IMG/VR virus record: IMGVR_UViG_3300042367_000583
Location: 62,001 to 84,017 of that record
Source: an uncultured virus (IMG/VR IMGVR_UViG_3300042367_000583)
Taxonomy: Duplodnaviria; Heunggongvirae; Uroviricota; Caudoviricetes
Length of the DNA stretch: 22,017 bases
Direction: 5' to 3' (one strand)
The position numbers were made by a program, and so were the translations under genes. The notes beneath the pieces were generated by a model. That model was given only the letters and a program-made list of their open reading frames with translations. It did no database searches and had not been told where the DNA came from. This document shows positions 1 to 8,540 of the stretch, piece by piece (within the stretch, counting starts at the first letter, position 1; each line of letters opens with the position of its first letter).

Positions 1-308
1 AAAAGATTAGGTATTGCTACACCTGTTAAAATCGAAAAGATAAACTGGAATATAGCAGTTTTAAAACGCCAAAAACATCCTACTTTCCTGTCTGAATCAG
101 CGTCAATAAATGCACTGCTTAAAAGACATTCTATATCATTGTCATCTGCTTTGATTACGCTTTCATAAACTCCTTCTAGTATTTTCGATGCAAAGGGTTT
201 TTTTGATGTTTTAGTATTTTTAACTAAGCAATCGACATATTGCTTGACTTCTGTTGGCAACTCAGCGTAGCTTAAGTTGATTAGTACTCGATAGGTCAGG
301 CTTTTCAT
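1..308 (-). CDS. Hypothetical protein, 3'-partial (runs off left edge); paralog of 313..714
   Basis: Not in ORF track. ATG at 308 behind AGGAG RBS; open to edge: MKSLTYRVLINLSYAELPTEVKQYVDCLVK...FIFSILTGVAIPNL. Confidence 0.75.
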   Translation of the reverse strand, partial: MKSLTYRVLINLSYAELPTEVKQYVDCLVKNTKTSKKPFASKILEGVYESVIKADDNDIECLLSSAFIDADSDRKVGCFWRFKTAIFQFIFSILTGVAIPNL

Positions 309-312
309 TTTT

Positions 313-714
313 TTACTCCTCAGTTGTATTGTCGGTTATTTCTTTATACCAGCTTTTTTCTGCTAGAAAAATCGACGCTAGTGTTAAAGCTTCTCTGAAA
401 AGATCAAAATCTTTTTTAAGAGGAGAAGGAATAGCAACTCCTGTACATATAGGCATAAGAATAGTTATAACCCAAAATTTAACCCGATTAATAAAAGAGA
501 GATTCCATTTACCATCGAATAAGTACAGATAGACGTATCCTTTTTGTATATCTCCTTCCCACCACTAGATTAATATCTCGTTAGTTATTTGGCTAGTTTG
601 AGATTTTTTTAATAAATCATCAATCCAATTTTTTGAGTCAAGAGATAATTCGAGATATTTATTTTTAATCATAAGCTTATATAGCTCCTCTTTGAGATGC
701 GAGTTGATGTTCAC
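313..714 (-). pseudogene. Hypothetical gene (133 codons) interrupted by an in-frame TAG at 565-567
   Basis: GTG at 714 behind GGGGAG. Frame stays open after TAG (codon 50) to TAA at 313. Shares TGVAIP and N-terminal pattern with 1..308. Confidence 0.7.
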
Positions 715-747
715 TGTTTTACTCCCCAATTGTGCTAGTTTTTACTT

Positions 748-1167
748 TTAAGGCATTTTTAGGTCTTCATAGCGTTTTCCCCATTCGTTAACAAGAATCG
801 TAATTTCTGGAAGATTAATCGCTTTACCTTTAATCCATATATACGGATTATTTGATTCTGATAAACTTGTTAATGTTTCAAATAGCAAGTTTGTAGATTT
901 CAATTCTACAAATGTTAAATTAATCTTGATTACTTTTTTAGTTTTGCCAGAATCGCAAGTAATCTCAAAATCTGCCTTTAATTGCTGTACTTGATTAATG
1001 CCTACACTAAAAACTAGGTTAGCTACCAATCCATGCAAGCAAATATTTTCGACTTGCCCTGTACTTAAAACTTTCCATTGGTTTTTGCTGCTTTCAACTA
1101 AGATTTCTTGTATTTGCTGGGAAGTCAGTTCATCCCACCAATCACGACTTAAGAGATTCAGATTCAT
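748..1167 (-). CDS. Hypothetical protein
   Basis: 139-aa ORF with AGGAG RBS, co-oriented with neighbours. Confidence 0.75.
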   Translation of the reverse strand: MNLNLLSRDWWDELTSQQIQEILVESSKNQWKVLSTGQVENICLHGLVANLVFSVGINQVQQLKADFEITCDSGKTKKVIKINLTFVELKSTNLLFETLTSLSESNNPYIWIKGKAINLPEITILVNEWGKRYEDLKMP

Positions 1168-1246
1168 TTAATACTCCTTAATTCCCATTTTTAGATTTTT
1201 TAGCTTTTCAGGTCTTTATAGGTTGCTGATAACTGACAACTAACTA

Positions 1247-2047
1247 TTAAAAATCTTCACTGAGAAGTTCACCAGGATCAATATTTTCACTGCGAACTTC
1301 TATTACTGGCTTTAGCCTTGCGTCTATAGCTTTTTTTAGGAGGTCGGCTAATTCTTTTTCAGAGGTTGCTTGTTGGGCGACTTGTTCTGCTTCTGATTGA
1401 GGTAATCCTTGATTTACAGCCCAAATAATTCCAGCTTGTTTGCGCTCTTCTGATAGCGACGACTGTGGTTTGCTTGGCAAAGATACTTCCACATCTACTA
1501 CATTACCAGATTCGCCAATTTCAGCGCCTAGCTCGTCAGGATTATAAATAGGTGCGCCAAGTGCTAAGTCGGGGCAAAACTCACGGAACCCGTTAGAAAT
1601 CGCCCTTGCAAAAAGCATATTTTTGGGGTATTTTTTCCAGTTAGGATTCCCTGCGAGAAGTCCTGCTGCTTGGGCATCGTCTTTTGAAAAAGAACTAATC
1701 CCTAAAGATTCCCAGTTGTTTTGCCAAAGCTCAAAAAACTCTAATTCGCAGATTTCTGGCGTGTGTTTAATTTTTTTGTATCGGTATTTACCCGATCCTT
1801 TAATTAAAGCCGCCATTAAATTAGCACTTAATGCAGGTTTTCCTTGTATTAAATGAATACCAGTCATCGAAGCAAAGGCTGGAATACCTAACTCTTTTCC
1901 TGCTAAAACTTTGACAAAACATTTAGCAGCACTTTGTACATCCCCAAACATTCCTGATTTTGCCAAAATATCAGAAACTTTGTAAATATCATCGACTGTT
2001 TTAAGTTCCAGCGGGGAAGATTTGATATTGACAATTTCACTAGACAT
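1247..2047 (-). CDS. RecT-like phage single-strand annealing protein (probable start 2047, MSSEIV)
   Basis: Motifs AGKELGIP...IHLIQGKPALSA...W.KYPKNMLFARA...FCPDL...Y..DEL; acidic C-terminal tail; AGGA RBS before 2047. Confidence 0.7.
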   Translation of the reverse strand: MSSEIVNIKSSPLELKTVDDIYKVSDILAKSGMFGDVQSAAKCFVKVLAGKELGIPAFASMTGIHLIQGKPALSANLMAALIKGSGKYRYKKIKHTPEICELEFFELWQNNWESLGISSFSKDDAQAAGLLAGNPNWKKYPKNMLFARAISNGFREFCPDLALGAPIYNPDELGAEIGESGNVVDVEVSLPSKPQSSLSEERKQAGIIWAVNQGLPQSEAEQVAQQATSEKELADLLKKAIDARLKPVIEVRSENIDPGELLSEDF

Positions 2048-2143
2048 AATGTTTTTCCTAAAAATAGGTGTAAGGATCGCTGAATTTACAAAATGAAGAA
2101 AGCTCGGTAACAAGCATCTATCTTCTGAAACTCGATTAATACA

Positions 2144-2172
2144 ATCTTATAGTAAATTACTAGAATTGTCAA
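2144..2172 (-). promoter_or_regulatory. Sigma70-type promoter for recT-like operon
   Basis: TTGACA-N17-TAAGAT. Confidence 0.65.
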
Positions 2173-2241
2173 GCATTTTTAAAAAAAAACTTGCAAAAAA
2201 CTTACAAAAAGATAATAGTACAAAAGAACTAAGTTATTATC

Positions 2242-2502
2242 GTTAATAGATTGTAGATAAAGATATTAACAATGGAATCCTTGATATATATAGGTTTCAG
2301 ACTTTGTTAATACTGTTATCATTATCCCCCAATATTATTTTTTTTACACTCTTACTGCTGAGGCTGTTTTTCCCCTTTACCCTATTTTCTTTTTTCCTCT
2401 ATACAGTATTAACAGCATCAACAAAGTCTAGAACCTTTACAGGGTAACGGTTTCGATTGTTAATAACCCTATTAACAATCGAAATACAATCTAACTTCCC
2501 AC
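2242..2502. repeat. ~260-bp element, copy 1 (imperfect terminal inverted arms, MITE/origin-like)
   Basis: Colinear direct repeat of 12632-12892; left arm is an imperfect reverse complement of right arm. Confidence 0.85.
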
Positions 2503-2508
2503 CATTTC

Positions 2509-2700
2509 TTGCTAATATTAAAGGGCAATGCAGCGAATTTCAACGAGAGGAACGGAAACAAGCGTTTAGAAAAGCTGAACGCTTTGTTACAAATGCTAGT
2601 GAGCAAGGTGGTGTCACTCCAGAAACACAACCGCACTCATTTCAGCGCCCGTGTGGATACTGAAATTCGCAGTGGTCTTACCTTTATCCCTTTGCCTTAA
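2509..2700 (+). pseudogene. Possible 3' fragment of a captured gene
   Basis: Frame open back into the repeat junction, TTG start without RBS, ends 5 nt before the 2706 ATG. Confidence 0.35.
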
Positions 2701-2705
2701 ACAGA

Positions 2706-3332
2706 ATGACAACGATACTTAGAAGAGTACAACAATTTTTAGACTCTGGCGATAGTGATAACGCTAGAGAAGAAATTGATAGAGCTTTCGGCAATCTGAG
2801 AAGGGTGGATAGTCATGTTAGAGAGTTTGCCGCTCTGTTAGCACTGGGATCGATCGAAGCTTCAGAAATCGGATTAGGAGTATTGGGACGCAAGCTTCTA
2901 CAGAATGACAGCGAGATTAATAATGAGGTTATTTGGTTATTTATTGCGTCAATTTTATCTCGCGATAGTATTCCCTCTGATAGTCCATCTAGAATCAGCC
3001 TACTTGTTCTTACCGCTTCTGTCAATAGTTGGGAATTACCAATTTTTGCGCTTCTTACCCCTGCCCTCGACGCTTTTTTTAAAGTTAGTCTTGCGGACGG
3101 AACCCCTTTAATTGCCGAACAAACTCTCGATTTTTTGACCACTTGGGGAAGAATTTATGCTAAAGCACCTCATGTCAAAACGCAGCTTCAAGAACTTCAA
3201 TCTCTTAGTAATAATCTATTAGAGCAAGTAGATGACTCAGGGTTAAAAGCTGAATGGTCAGAGGGAATTAATATATTTTTTGAAGAAGCCAGCACAACCA
3301 AATATTCAGATAGTAATGTTTTTTCTCCATAA
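2706..3332 (+). CDS. Hypothetical alpha-helical protein, probably C-terminally truncated
   Basis: 208-aa ORF opposite to flanking genes; last codons and stop lie inside the repeat arm at ~3320. Confidence 0.65.
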   Translation: MTTILRRVQQFLDSGDSDNAREEIDRAFGNLRRVDSHVREFAALLALGSIEASEIGLGVLGRKLLQNDSEINNEVIWLFIASILSRDSIPSDSPSRISLLVLTASVNSWELPIFALLTPALDAFFKVSLADGTPLIAEQTLDFLTTWGRIYAKAPHVKTQLQELQSLSNNLLEQVDDSGLKAEWSEGINIFFEEASTTKYSDSNVFSP

Positions 3333-3417
3333 AGCATCAACGGTATCAACAAACCTTGAAACCTAGTCAAGGTAAAGGTTTCGATTGTAGATAAGGTTAT
3401 TAACAATCGAATTACAA
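3320..3417. repeat. Isolated right arm of the 260-bp element (copy 3)
   Basis: catcaacggtatcaacaaa...gaaacct...ggtttcgattgtagataaggttattaacaatcgaattacaa aligns with ~2390-2490 and ~12780-12880. Confidence 0.75.
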
Positions 3418-3466
3418 AAGAACAGAAGATATACTTAGCATATTTAAATTAAATACTGCTATCTGC

Positions 3467-5728
3467 TTAGACGATCGTTGCTAGTGATTCTTTAAAAGGC
3501 ACTGGATAGCTTGAATTTTGAAAAACCCGTACTGTGTAAGCCGATTGGATTGATCCCCAATCGGCTATCTGTTGCGATTCTGTGTAAACGACGCTTCGGG
3601 CTGACGATACTGACCATTCTCGTTTTACTGTGGACTCGTCGTAAATTCTGACTACATAGCTGTTCAATTCTCCTGCTGCGTAAGCAATATCGATATAGTC
3701 GATCCAACGACCATTTAACCGCGTCCGTCGATACCAAGTAATAATTAAATCGTTGTTATCTTTTTCCCCTCTTACAGCACAAGGGAAAGGCTTTAATCCT
3801 TCTAAAGTAATTGTGTGAGCAGTCTCGTCTTCTATATCAGTTTCAAGTAGTCCATTAGGGACTACTTTTAATAAATATTCTCGATTAATATCAGAAAGAT
3901 TTAAAGGGAGTCGAACTAAATAATTAGTTAGTAGCACAAATTTTTCCCCTATTATATGCTTAGAGATAGCTGGTTCAGTTCCTTTGACTCCACGAATTGT
4001 ATATGAAATATCAAAAATTAAAGGATTGCTAGACACAATAGCAGCATTTTTAAAAGCTATAATTTCTCCAGTAGAAAACCAACCTAATTGTTTGCCCGAT
4101 AGAAATGTTTCAAGAGTAACTGGCTCTAATTGCCCTGAATTCATACTTATTCGTATCCAATTTGAATCGTCAATAAAACTAGGAGAGGCGTTGTTAAAAT
4201 TTGGGGAAAAGCTCAATACAGTACCAGTTACGCTGTTGACAACATTGCCAACAGCAAAATCATAGCTTAATCCGTTGTCATCAGAATAAAATAATGCTCC
4301 TTTCCTAAAACTAGAGTTACCTTCAATTGCCACATAAATTCCTATGTCTGTATCTCGGCTATTAACTATTGGGACTTCAATAGGAATAGCGTTAGCGCGT
4401 CCGTAGGGACGAGGAGTGTTATTGTCTGGCGGAAATTCGTTATCTATAGGAATATCTGGTAAATATCCTACTCCTTGAAATCGAGTAGCTTCAATTTCAA
4501 TTAAATAATTTACGCCTCTTACTTTTTTGGTGATTTGCATCAATTCCTGATGATAATTGTTATTATCATTAGTAAAAATTACATCCCCAACTTTCAGATT
4601 TTCCCATGCTGGCAATAAAAGCATTTTTGAAAAAGTTTTTGATTGCGTTTTCCCTAAAAAAAGAATTTTTGAGGCAATATTCATGAAAAACATATCTATA
4701 TCTATTAGTTTAGTTTGAAAGCTAAGCTCGTTTGTGTGAGTATCTGATGGGTCTTTAGCTACTACGGTAATAGTTTCATAATTTTTTAAAACATTTAGCC
4801 CAGATACTGTAACGGCACTAGGAGTTTCTCTAAAATGAGTCAGTTTTTTTTCATTAAGGTCAATAGGATTTTCTCCAAATTTTTTAGACCCAAAAGAGCT
4901 TTTAGGGATAAAAATAGGATCAGATGATTGTTCTTGTCTTTTAAAAATGATTTTATCTTTTGGCTCCCTTGCTACAATAAAAAAAGCTCTCATAAGTTCT
5001 TCTAACTGATCAGCAAAAGATGTCCCATCAAACAATAAATCAAATCCTTGAATTCGGTAATCATTAGGAATGTCAGTCACATCAATTTGATCGTCTGTTC
5101 TACCAGCTAATTTACAAATAGTTTTCAAAATATCTTTTATTTTTGGATTGTCTCCACTTTCTCCAATCACCTCAACATCAATAGCAGGAAATCCAGTGCC
5201 GTCATAATTAGCAATCGGATAATTATTAAAAAGTAAAAAAGACATTCCAGTAAAAGCAGGTACTGGGTTGGATTCTTTCGATTGAATAACAGAAGATGGC
5301 GTAGTTTGATTGCCAGTATAAATAGTTGTATGTTCAATAAATTTTAGGCTTTTTTCGTCGTTAGTTTCAGAATTGTAAACAAGGATGCTGTTCATCCAAA
5401 CTCGCCTAACAGAGCCAATTTTTCTGGCAATTGGATAAGCGGCTGTCAGAAAATAAGTGTAAACTTCGGTAGTTTGCCCACCACCACCACCTTTTCCGCC
5501 TTGTCTTTCGGAAGTGACGACTTCCTTAAGAGGAAGCCCCCACATCATAGTTAGCCCTTCTTTTCTCACCTTCCCAAAAGGATAGGATAGGCTTTTGCCG
5601 TATTCAGCATCGGGAACACCAGTATCCTCAATTCTTCCTTTTTGTTGAACAGGAGGTTTAGGAGCAAATAGAGATAATAATAGGTTAGCTCCGACTCCTA
5701 TTGCTATGGGAATGAGAAAATTAGCCAC
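3467..5728 (-). CDS. Phage tail tip/host-specificity protein (gpJ / GTA megatron-like, Phage-tail_3)
   Basis: 753 aa; YG..L.Y.FG.VR, GGKGGGG, I..VRRVW.N, PAF.G, GEIIAF, RGVKGT, W.RRTR motifs. Confidence 0.85.
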   Translation of the reverse strand: MANFLIPIAIGVGANLLLSLFAPKPPVQQKGRIEDTGVPDAEYGKSLSYPFGKVRKEGLTMMWGLPLKEVVTSERQGGKGGGGGQTTEVYTYFLTAAYPIARKIGSVRRVWMNSILVYNSETNDEKSLKFIEHTTIYTGNQTTPSSVIQSKESNPVPAFTGMSFLLFNNYPIANYDGTGFPAIDVEVIGESGDNPKIKDILKTICKLAGRTDDQIDVTDIPNDYRIQGFDLLFDGTSFADQLEELMRAFFIVAREPKDKIIFKRQEQSSDPIFIPKSSFGSKKFGENPIDLNEKKLTHFRETPSAVTVSGLNVLKNYETITVVAKDPSDTHTNELSFQTKLIDIDMFFMNIASKILFLGKTQSKTFSKMLLLPAWENLKVGDVIFTNDNNNYHQELMQITKKVRGVNYLIEIEATRFQGVGYLPDIPIDNEFPPDNNTPRPYGRANAIPIEVPIVNSRDTDIGIYVAIEGNSSFRKGALFYSDDNGLSYDFAVGNVVNSVTGTVLSFSPNFNNASPSFIDDSNWIRISMNSGQLEPVTLETFLSGKQLGWFSTGEIIAFKNAAIVSSNPLIFDISYTIRGVKGTEPAISKHIIGEKFVLLTNYLVRLPLNLSDINREYLLKVVPNGLLETDIEDETAHTITLEGLKPFPCAVRGEKDNNDLIITWYRRTRLNGRWIDYIDIAYAAGELNSYVVRIYDESTVKREWSVSSARSVVYTESQQIADWGSIQSAYTVRVFQNSSYPVPFKESLATIV

Positions 5729-5762
5729 GGCTTTTTAAAAGATAGTATTTTCTCTATTCTAA

Positions 5763-5835
5763 TAGGTTGAGCAGGGGTTGAACCTGCCTAAGATGAATTA
5801 TGAGTTCGTTGCCTCAACCGCTCGGCCATCAACCC
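5763..5835 (-). tRNA. tRNA with CAT anticodon (Met or lysidine-type Ile2)
   Basis: Cloverleaf: acceptor GGGTTGA/TCAACCT, anticodon loop CTCATAA (one C-A mismatch in stem), T arm GCAGG-TTCAACC-CCTGC; no encoded CCA. Confidence 0.85.
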
Positions 5836-6251
5836 TTGATTTGTTTTGGGGAAAATAAAGCAGGAGAGATATTAAAAAAATCGGCTAATTTTTGAACGTG
5901 AATATCTGTTATCTCTCGCTGTCTATCAAAAATATCATCTAGGATTGATTGATCCTCAAAAATAGATAATAAGTCTTGCTTTTGCAAGTTCTTTAGTTCT
6001 AACAAAAATTTCAATAGCTCAACTCCATAAATATCAGGTATTGCCTGCACGTTTTCTTCATACTCATAAATCAAAGTTCCTAAAACACTTAAATACTCCC
6101 TTTCTTCTATTGCCAATTGAATTTTATCTAATATGATTTTATCTAAAAAAGAACTGATAACTCTTTCCGTGTTTTCTAGCTCTTCCTTGTTGTAAATAGG
6201 ACGAGGAGGGTATTGTTTTAATAATTCTAAGTATTTATTTGTATCAAACAT
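5829..6251 (-). CDS. HigA-like antitoxin / XRE-HTH regulator (probable start MFDTNKY at 6251)
   Basis: YLELL..YPPRPI.N.EE, L.VLGTLI.EYEE, LKFLLE..NL.KQDL, R.IT..HVQKLADFFNISP.LF. The longer ORF-track start overlaps tRNA-Tyr. Confidence 0.75.
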   Translation of the reverse strand: MFDTNKYLELLKQYPPRPIYNKEELENTERVISSFLDKIILDKIQLAIEEREYLSVLGTLIYEYEENVQAIPDIYGVELLKFLLELKNLQKQDLLSIFEDQSILDDIFDRQREITDIHVQKLADFFNISPALFSPKQIKG

Positions 6252-6278
6252 AGTGTGACTGTAATCGCTGTAACTTTT

Positions 6279-6307
6279 ATCATAGGTCAAGTCTTTGATT
6301 TTGTCAA
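6279..6307 (-). promoter_or_regulatory. Sigma70-type promoter for HigA-like gene
   Basis: TTGACA-N17-TATGAT. Confidence 0.65.
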
Positions 6308-6323
6308 TATGTTTGATTTTAAG

Positions 6324-6406
6324 TGGGTTAGGCTGGATTTGCACCAGCGTGGAATTAAATCTACAGATTTACAGTCTGTCACCTTCGGCTACTCGGTCAC
6401 TAACCC
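6324..6406 (-). tRNA. tRNA-Tyr(GTA)
   Basis: Acceptor GGGTTAG/CTAACCC, anticodon arm ACAGA-CTGTAAA-TCTGT, long variable arm, T arm GCTGG-TGCAAAT-CCAGC (atypical loop). Confidence 0.88.
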
Positions 6407-6435
6407 TTGTTTGTTTCAATCCCTTGTTTAAATTT

Positions 6436-6464
6436 ATCTTACTGTAATTCTTAATGCTTGTCAA
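6436..6464 (-). promoter_or_regulatory. Sigma70-type promoter for tRNA-Tyr
   Basis: TTGACA-N17-TAAGAT about 30 nt upstream of the tRNA 5' end. Confidence 0.7.
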
Positions 6465-7010
6465 TCATATTGGTTTTTGATTTTCTTGATTCTTTTGAGA
6501 TTCTTGCAAATTAAGAAGTTGAAGCATTGCTTCTCCTGCGTCTTTACGCGCCATGCTACAAGTCCAGAGTCTTTGTTGATTGCGCTTGATAATGATAATT
6601 TCTGTATTAGAAACTAAACAAACTAAATCATTTTTCTGTTTTATTAGCTGATTAATAGCTTCTATTCGTTGCTCCTGTTCTAGTTGGGAAACGGGTTGGA
6701 GTTTTTCTCCATACTCTTGTGTAGAGAAAATAACGGCTAACATAAAACTTTTTGTTTCTTTAAACTGAAAACGAATAATCTGCCAACTAAATTCACCATC
6801 AGGCTCTAATTCTCGATTCCAAATATTTAGAAAGGTTTCTAAATAACCTTCTAATCCTTTTTGAGTTTGACGGTTTTTATTAATATCACTGAAAAGTCCT
6901 TGATGCTGTTGAGGATAGTTTTCAACAGGTTTTACTGACTCACTATCTTGAATAGAGCAAGAATGACAAGAATTAAATGGAAACATAAAGGGCATATTGT
7001 TTGCTATCAA
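6465..7010 (-). CDS. Protein resembling the C-terminal domain of N-6 DNA methylase/type IIG-like RM enzymes (stand-alone fragment)
   Basis: YLETFL..WN.EL...G.F...; IIIKRN..RLWT.SMAR.DA.EAM; no SAM-binding or NPPY motifs. Confidence 0.5.
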   Translation of the reverse strand: MIANNMPFMFPFNSCHSCSIQDSESVKPVENYPQQHQGLFSDINKNRQTQKGLEGYLETFLNIWNRELEPDGEFSWQIIRFQFKETKSFMLAVIFSTQEYGEKLQPVSQLEQEQRIEAINQLIKQKNDLVCLVSNTEIIIIKRNQQRLWTCSMARKDAGEAMLQLLNLQESQKNQENQKPI

Positions 7011-7057
7011 GATATTAGGAAAGTTTAATAATTTGTTACAGATTAACTATATTAGAT

Positions 7058-7372
7058 TTATTCTCTGTAAAAATTAAGATCACACCAAAAGGAATCTTTC
7101 CAAAAATTTATCAATTGTATATTTTTTTCAGCTATTAATTTTCGCCAAAGACGAAAATTCTCAAAAAAATTATACCATCCAAAAGGAACATCTTTTCTAA
7201 GGGTAGTCCAAATAATAGGTAAATAGCTGTTGATAGGTTTATAAAGTTTGTTACAAACATAAATATAAAAACCAAGAGACAAAGTGTAAAACAACCCTTT
7301 GGTGATTAACATAAATCCCCATACAGAAATTAAAAACAAATTCAAGATTAAGGCTATCGGTTTTATTTTCAT
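7058..7372 (-). CDS. Hypothetical membrane protein
   Basis: 104 aa, hydrophobic N-terminus, ATGA overlap with upstream gene. Confidence 0.65.
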   Translation of the reverse strand: MKIKPIALILNLFLISVWGFMLITKGLFYTLSLGFYIYVCNKLYKPINSYLPIIWTTLRKDVPFGWYNFFENFRLWRKLIAEKNIQLINFWKDSFWCDLNFYRE

Positions 7373-7563
7373 TTTTGACCTTTAATAGATTTTAAAGTTA
7401 TTACTATGCTAGTTACACAAAAAAGCCAAACATACCAAAATTTAAAAAGCAATTCTGTTTCTGTTAAATGTAAATGAATGAATCTAATACCGAAAATTAT
7501 ACAAGTATTAAAACTCATGACAGCAATCAAAAGGTAATAGTTTATTTGTTTAGTCTTTTTCAT
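7369..7563 (-). CDS. Small 2-TM membrane protein, paralog of 7582..7794
   Basis: 64 aa; YLL.AV...IR...L.LT..EL...FWY.WL shared. Confidence 0.7.
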   Translation of the reverse strand: MKKTKQINYYLLIAVMSFNTCIIFGIRFIHLHLTETELLFKFWYVWLFCVTSIVITLKSIKGQK

Positions 7564-7581
7564 GTCTTAATAGTCTTGACT

Positions 7582-7794
7582 TTATTTAAATCCTACCACT
7601 TGTTTTACATTTAATTTTTGAAAAGTTAATCCTAAACAAAATGCAAACCAAAGCCAAATATACCAAAACCTGAGAAACAACTCCGACCATGTTAGCTGTA
7701 AGTTGTTAAGTCTTATGGCAGTAAATACACAGGTAAAAATAATTAAATTTACAGCCACTAATAAATAAGGTTTTTTCTGTTTTTTAGACTTCAT
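7582..7794 (-). CDS. Small 2-TM membrane protein, paralog of 7369..7563
   Basis: 70 aa; basic N-terminus, two hydrophobic segments. Confidence 0.7.
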   Translation of the reverse strand: MKSKKQKKPYLLVAVNLIIFTCVFTAIRLNNLQLTWSELFLRFWYIWLWFAFCLGLTFQKLNVKQVVGFK

Positions 7795-7843
7795 TTTAGT
7801 TTAATCTTTTTAGGTGTTCTATATTACTTTACCACAATTAAAG

Positions 7844-8041
7844 TTATTTGTCTATAGTTTTGACAAGAAAATAAATTAAATTTATCTTTTCCGATGTCAG
7901 TGTTTTGATTTTTATTAAGATTTCTACTAATTTATCCTTAAGTTCTTTTTTAGTGGGTTCTGTGTTAGTTGGTTCATAGATAAAAGTTTTAGCACTCCCA
8001 TCTTGTTCTATTTTAGTCAAAGTGTATTTTTCCATGATCAT
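7844..8041 (-). CDS. Hypothetical protein
   Basis: 65-aa co-oriented ORF. Confidence 0.55.
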   Translation of the reverse strand: MIMEKYTLTKIEQDGSAKTFIYEPTNTEPTKKELKDKLVEILIKIKTLTSEKINLIYFLVKTIDK

Positions 8042-8064
8042 AGTGCCTTTTTTTAGGTGTAGGT

Positions 8065-8520
8065 TTATCTTAATATATCTAGCCCTCGATTTCTGATTTT
8101 TTGAGCAAGGTCTTTATTAAATACTTTTGATTTTTTAATCACAGTAATCTGATTGCTTGGCCAGTATTCTAGCAGAAAATCAACGAGTTCTATTGAAGTT
8201 GTGTGTATTCTAGCTTCTTTGCTACATCCTTTTAGTAATTGGTAAAAAAGAAATAGTCCACTAAGCAGGTCTTTTTCAATTACCCAAAATACTAATTTAA
8301 TTAATGTATTGCTAAGTCGCCAGTGTTTTAGAAGTTGGCATAGTTTTGTCTCTTCTAATTGCCAGTAACTGAAAAAATCCAAAACATTAGAGATTACTGG
8401 GTAGTCGCTTCTATTTACAAAGTCAGATACTAGAGCATCGATTGCTTCTAGAGATTGACACATCCCGATAGATGCAATCGATAATCCCTCTAATTTATAT
8501 CCTGAGATAATTTGTAGCAT
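8065..8520 (-). CDS. Hypothetical protein
   Basis: 151-aa ORF starting 20 nt past the array trailer. Confidence 0.65.
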   Translation of the reverse strand: MLQIISGYKLEGLSIASIGMCQSLEAIDALVSDFVNRSDYPVISNVLDFFSYWQLEETKLCQLLKHWRLSNTLIKLVFWVIEKDLLSGLFLFYQLLKGCSKEARIHTTSIELVDFLLEYWPSNQITVIKKSKVFNKDLAQKIRNRGLDILR

Positions 8521-8540
8521 GGTTTTGGAGTTTTGTTTTG

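Noticed and set aside
329..532. 67-aa plus-strand ORF
   Set aside because: Shadow of the minus-strand interrupted gene 313..714
565..567. Possible TAG recoding
   Set aside because: TAG serves as a normal stop at 11059 and 13036, and neither tRNA has a CTA anticodon
6252..6344. N-terminal extension of the HigA-like ORF
   Set aside because: Overlaps tRNA-Tyr and a consensus promoter; the ATG at 6251 is more plausible
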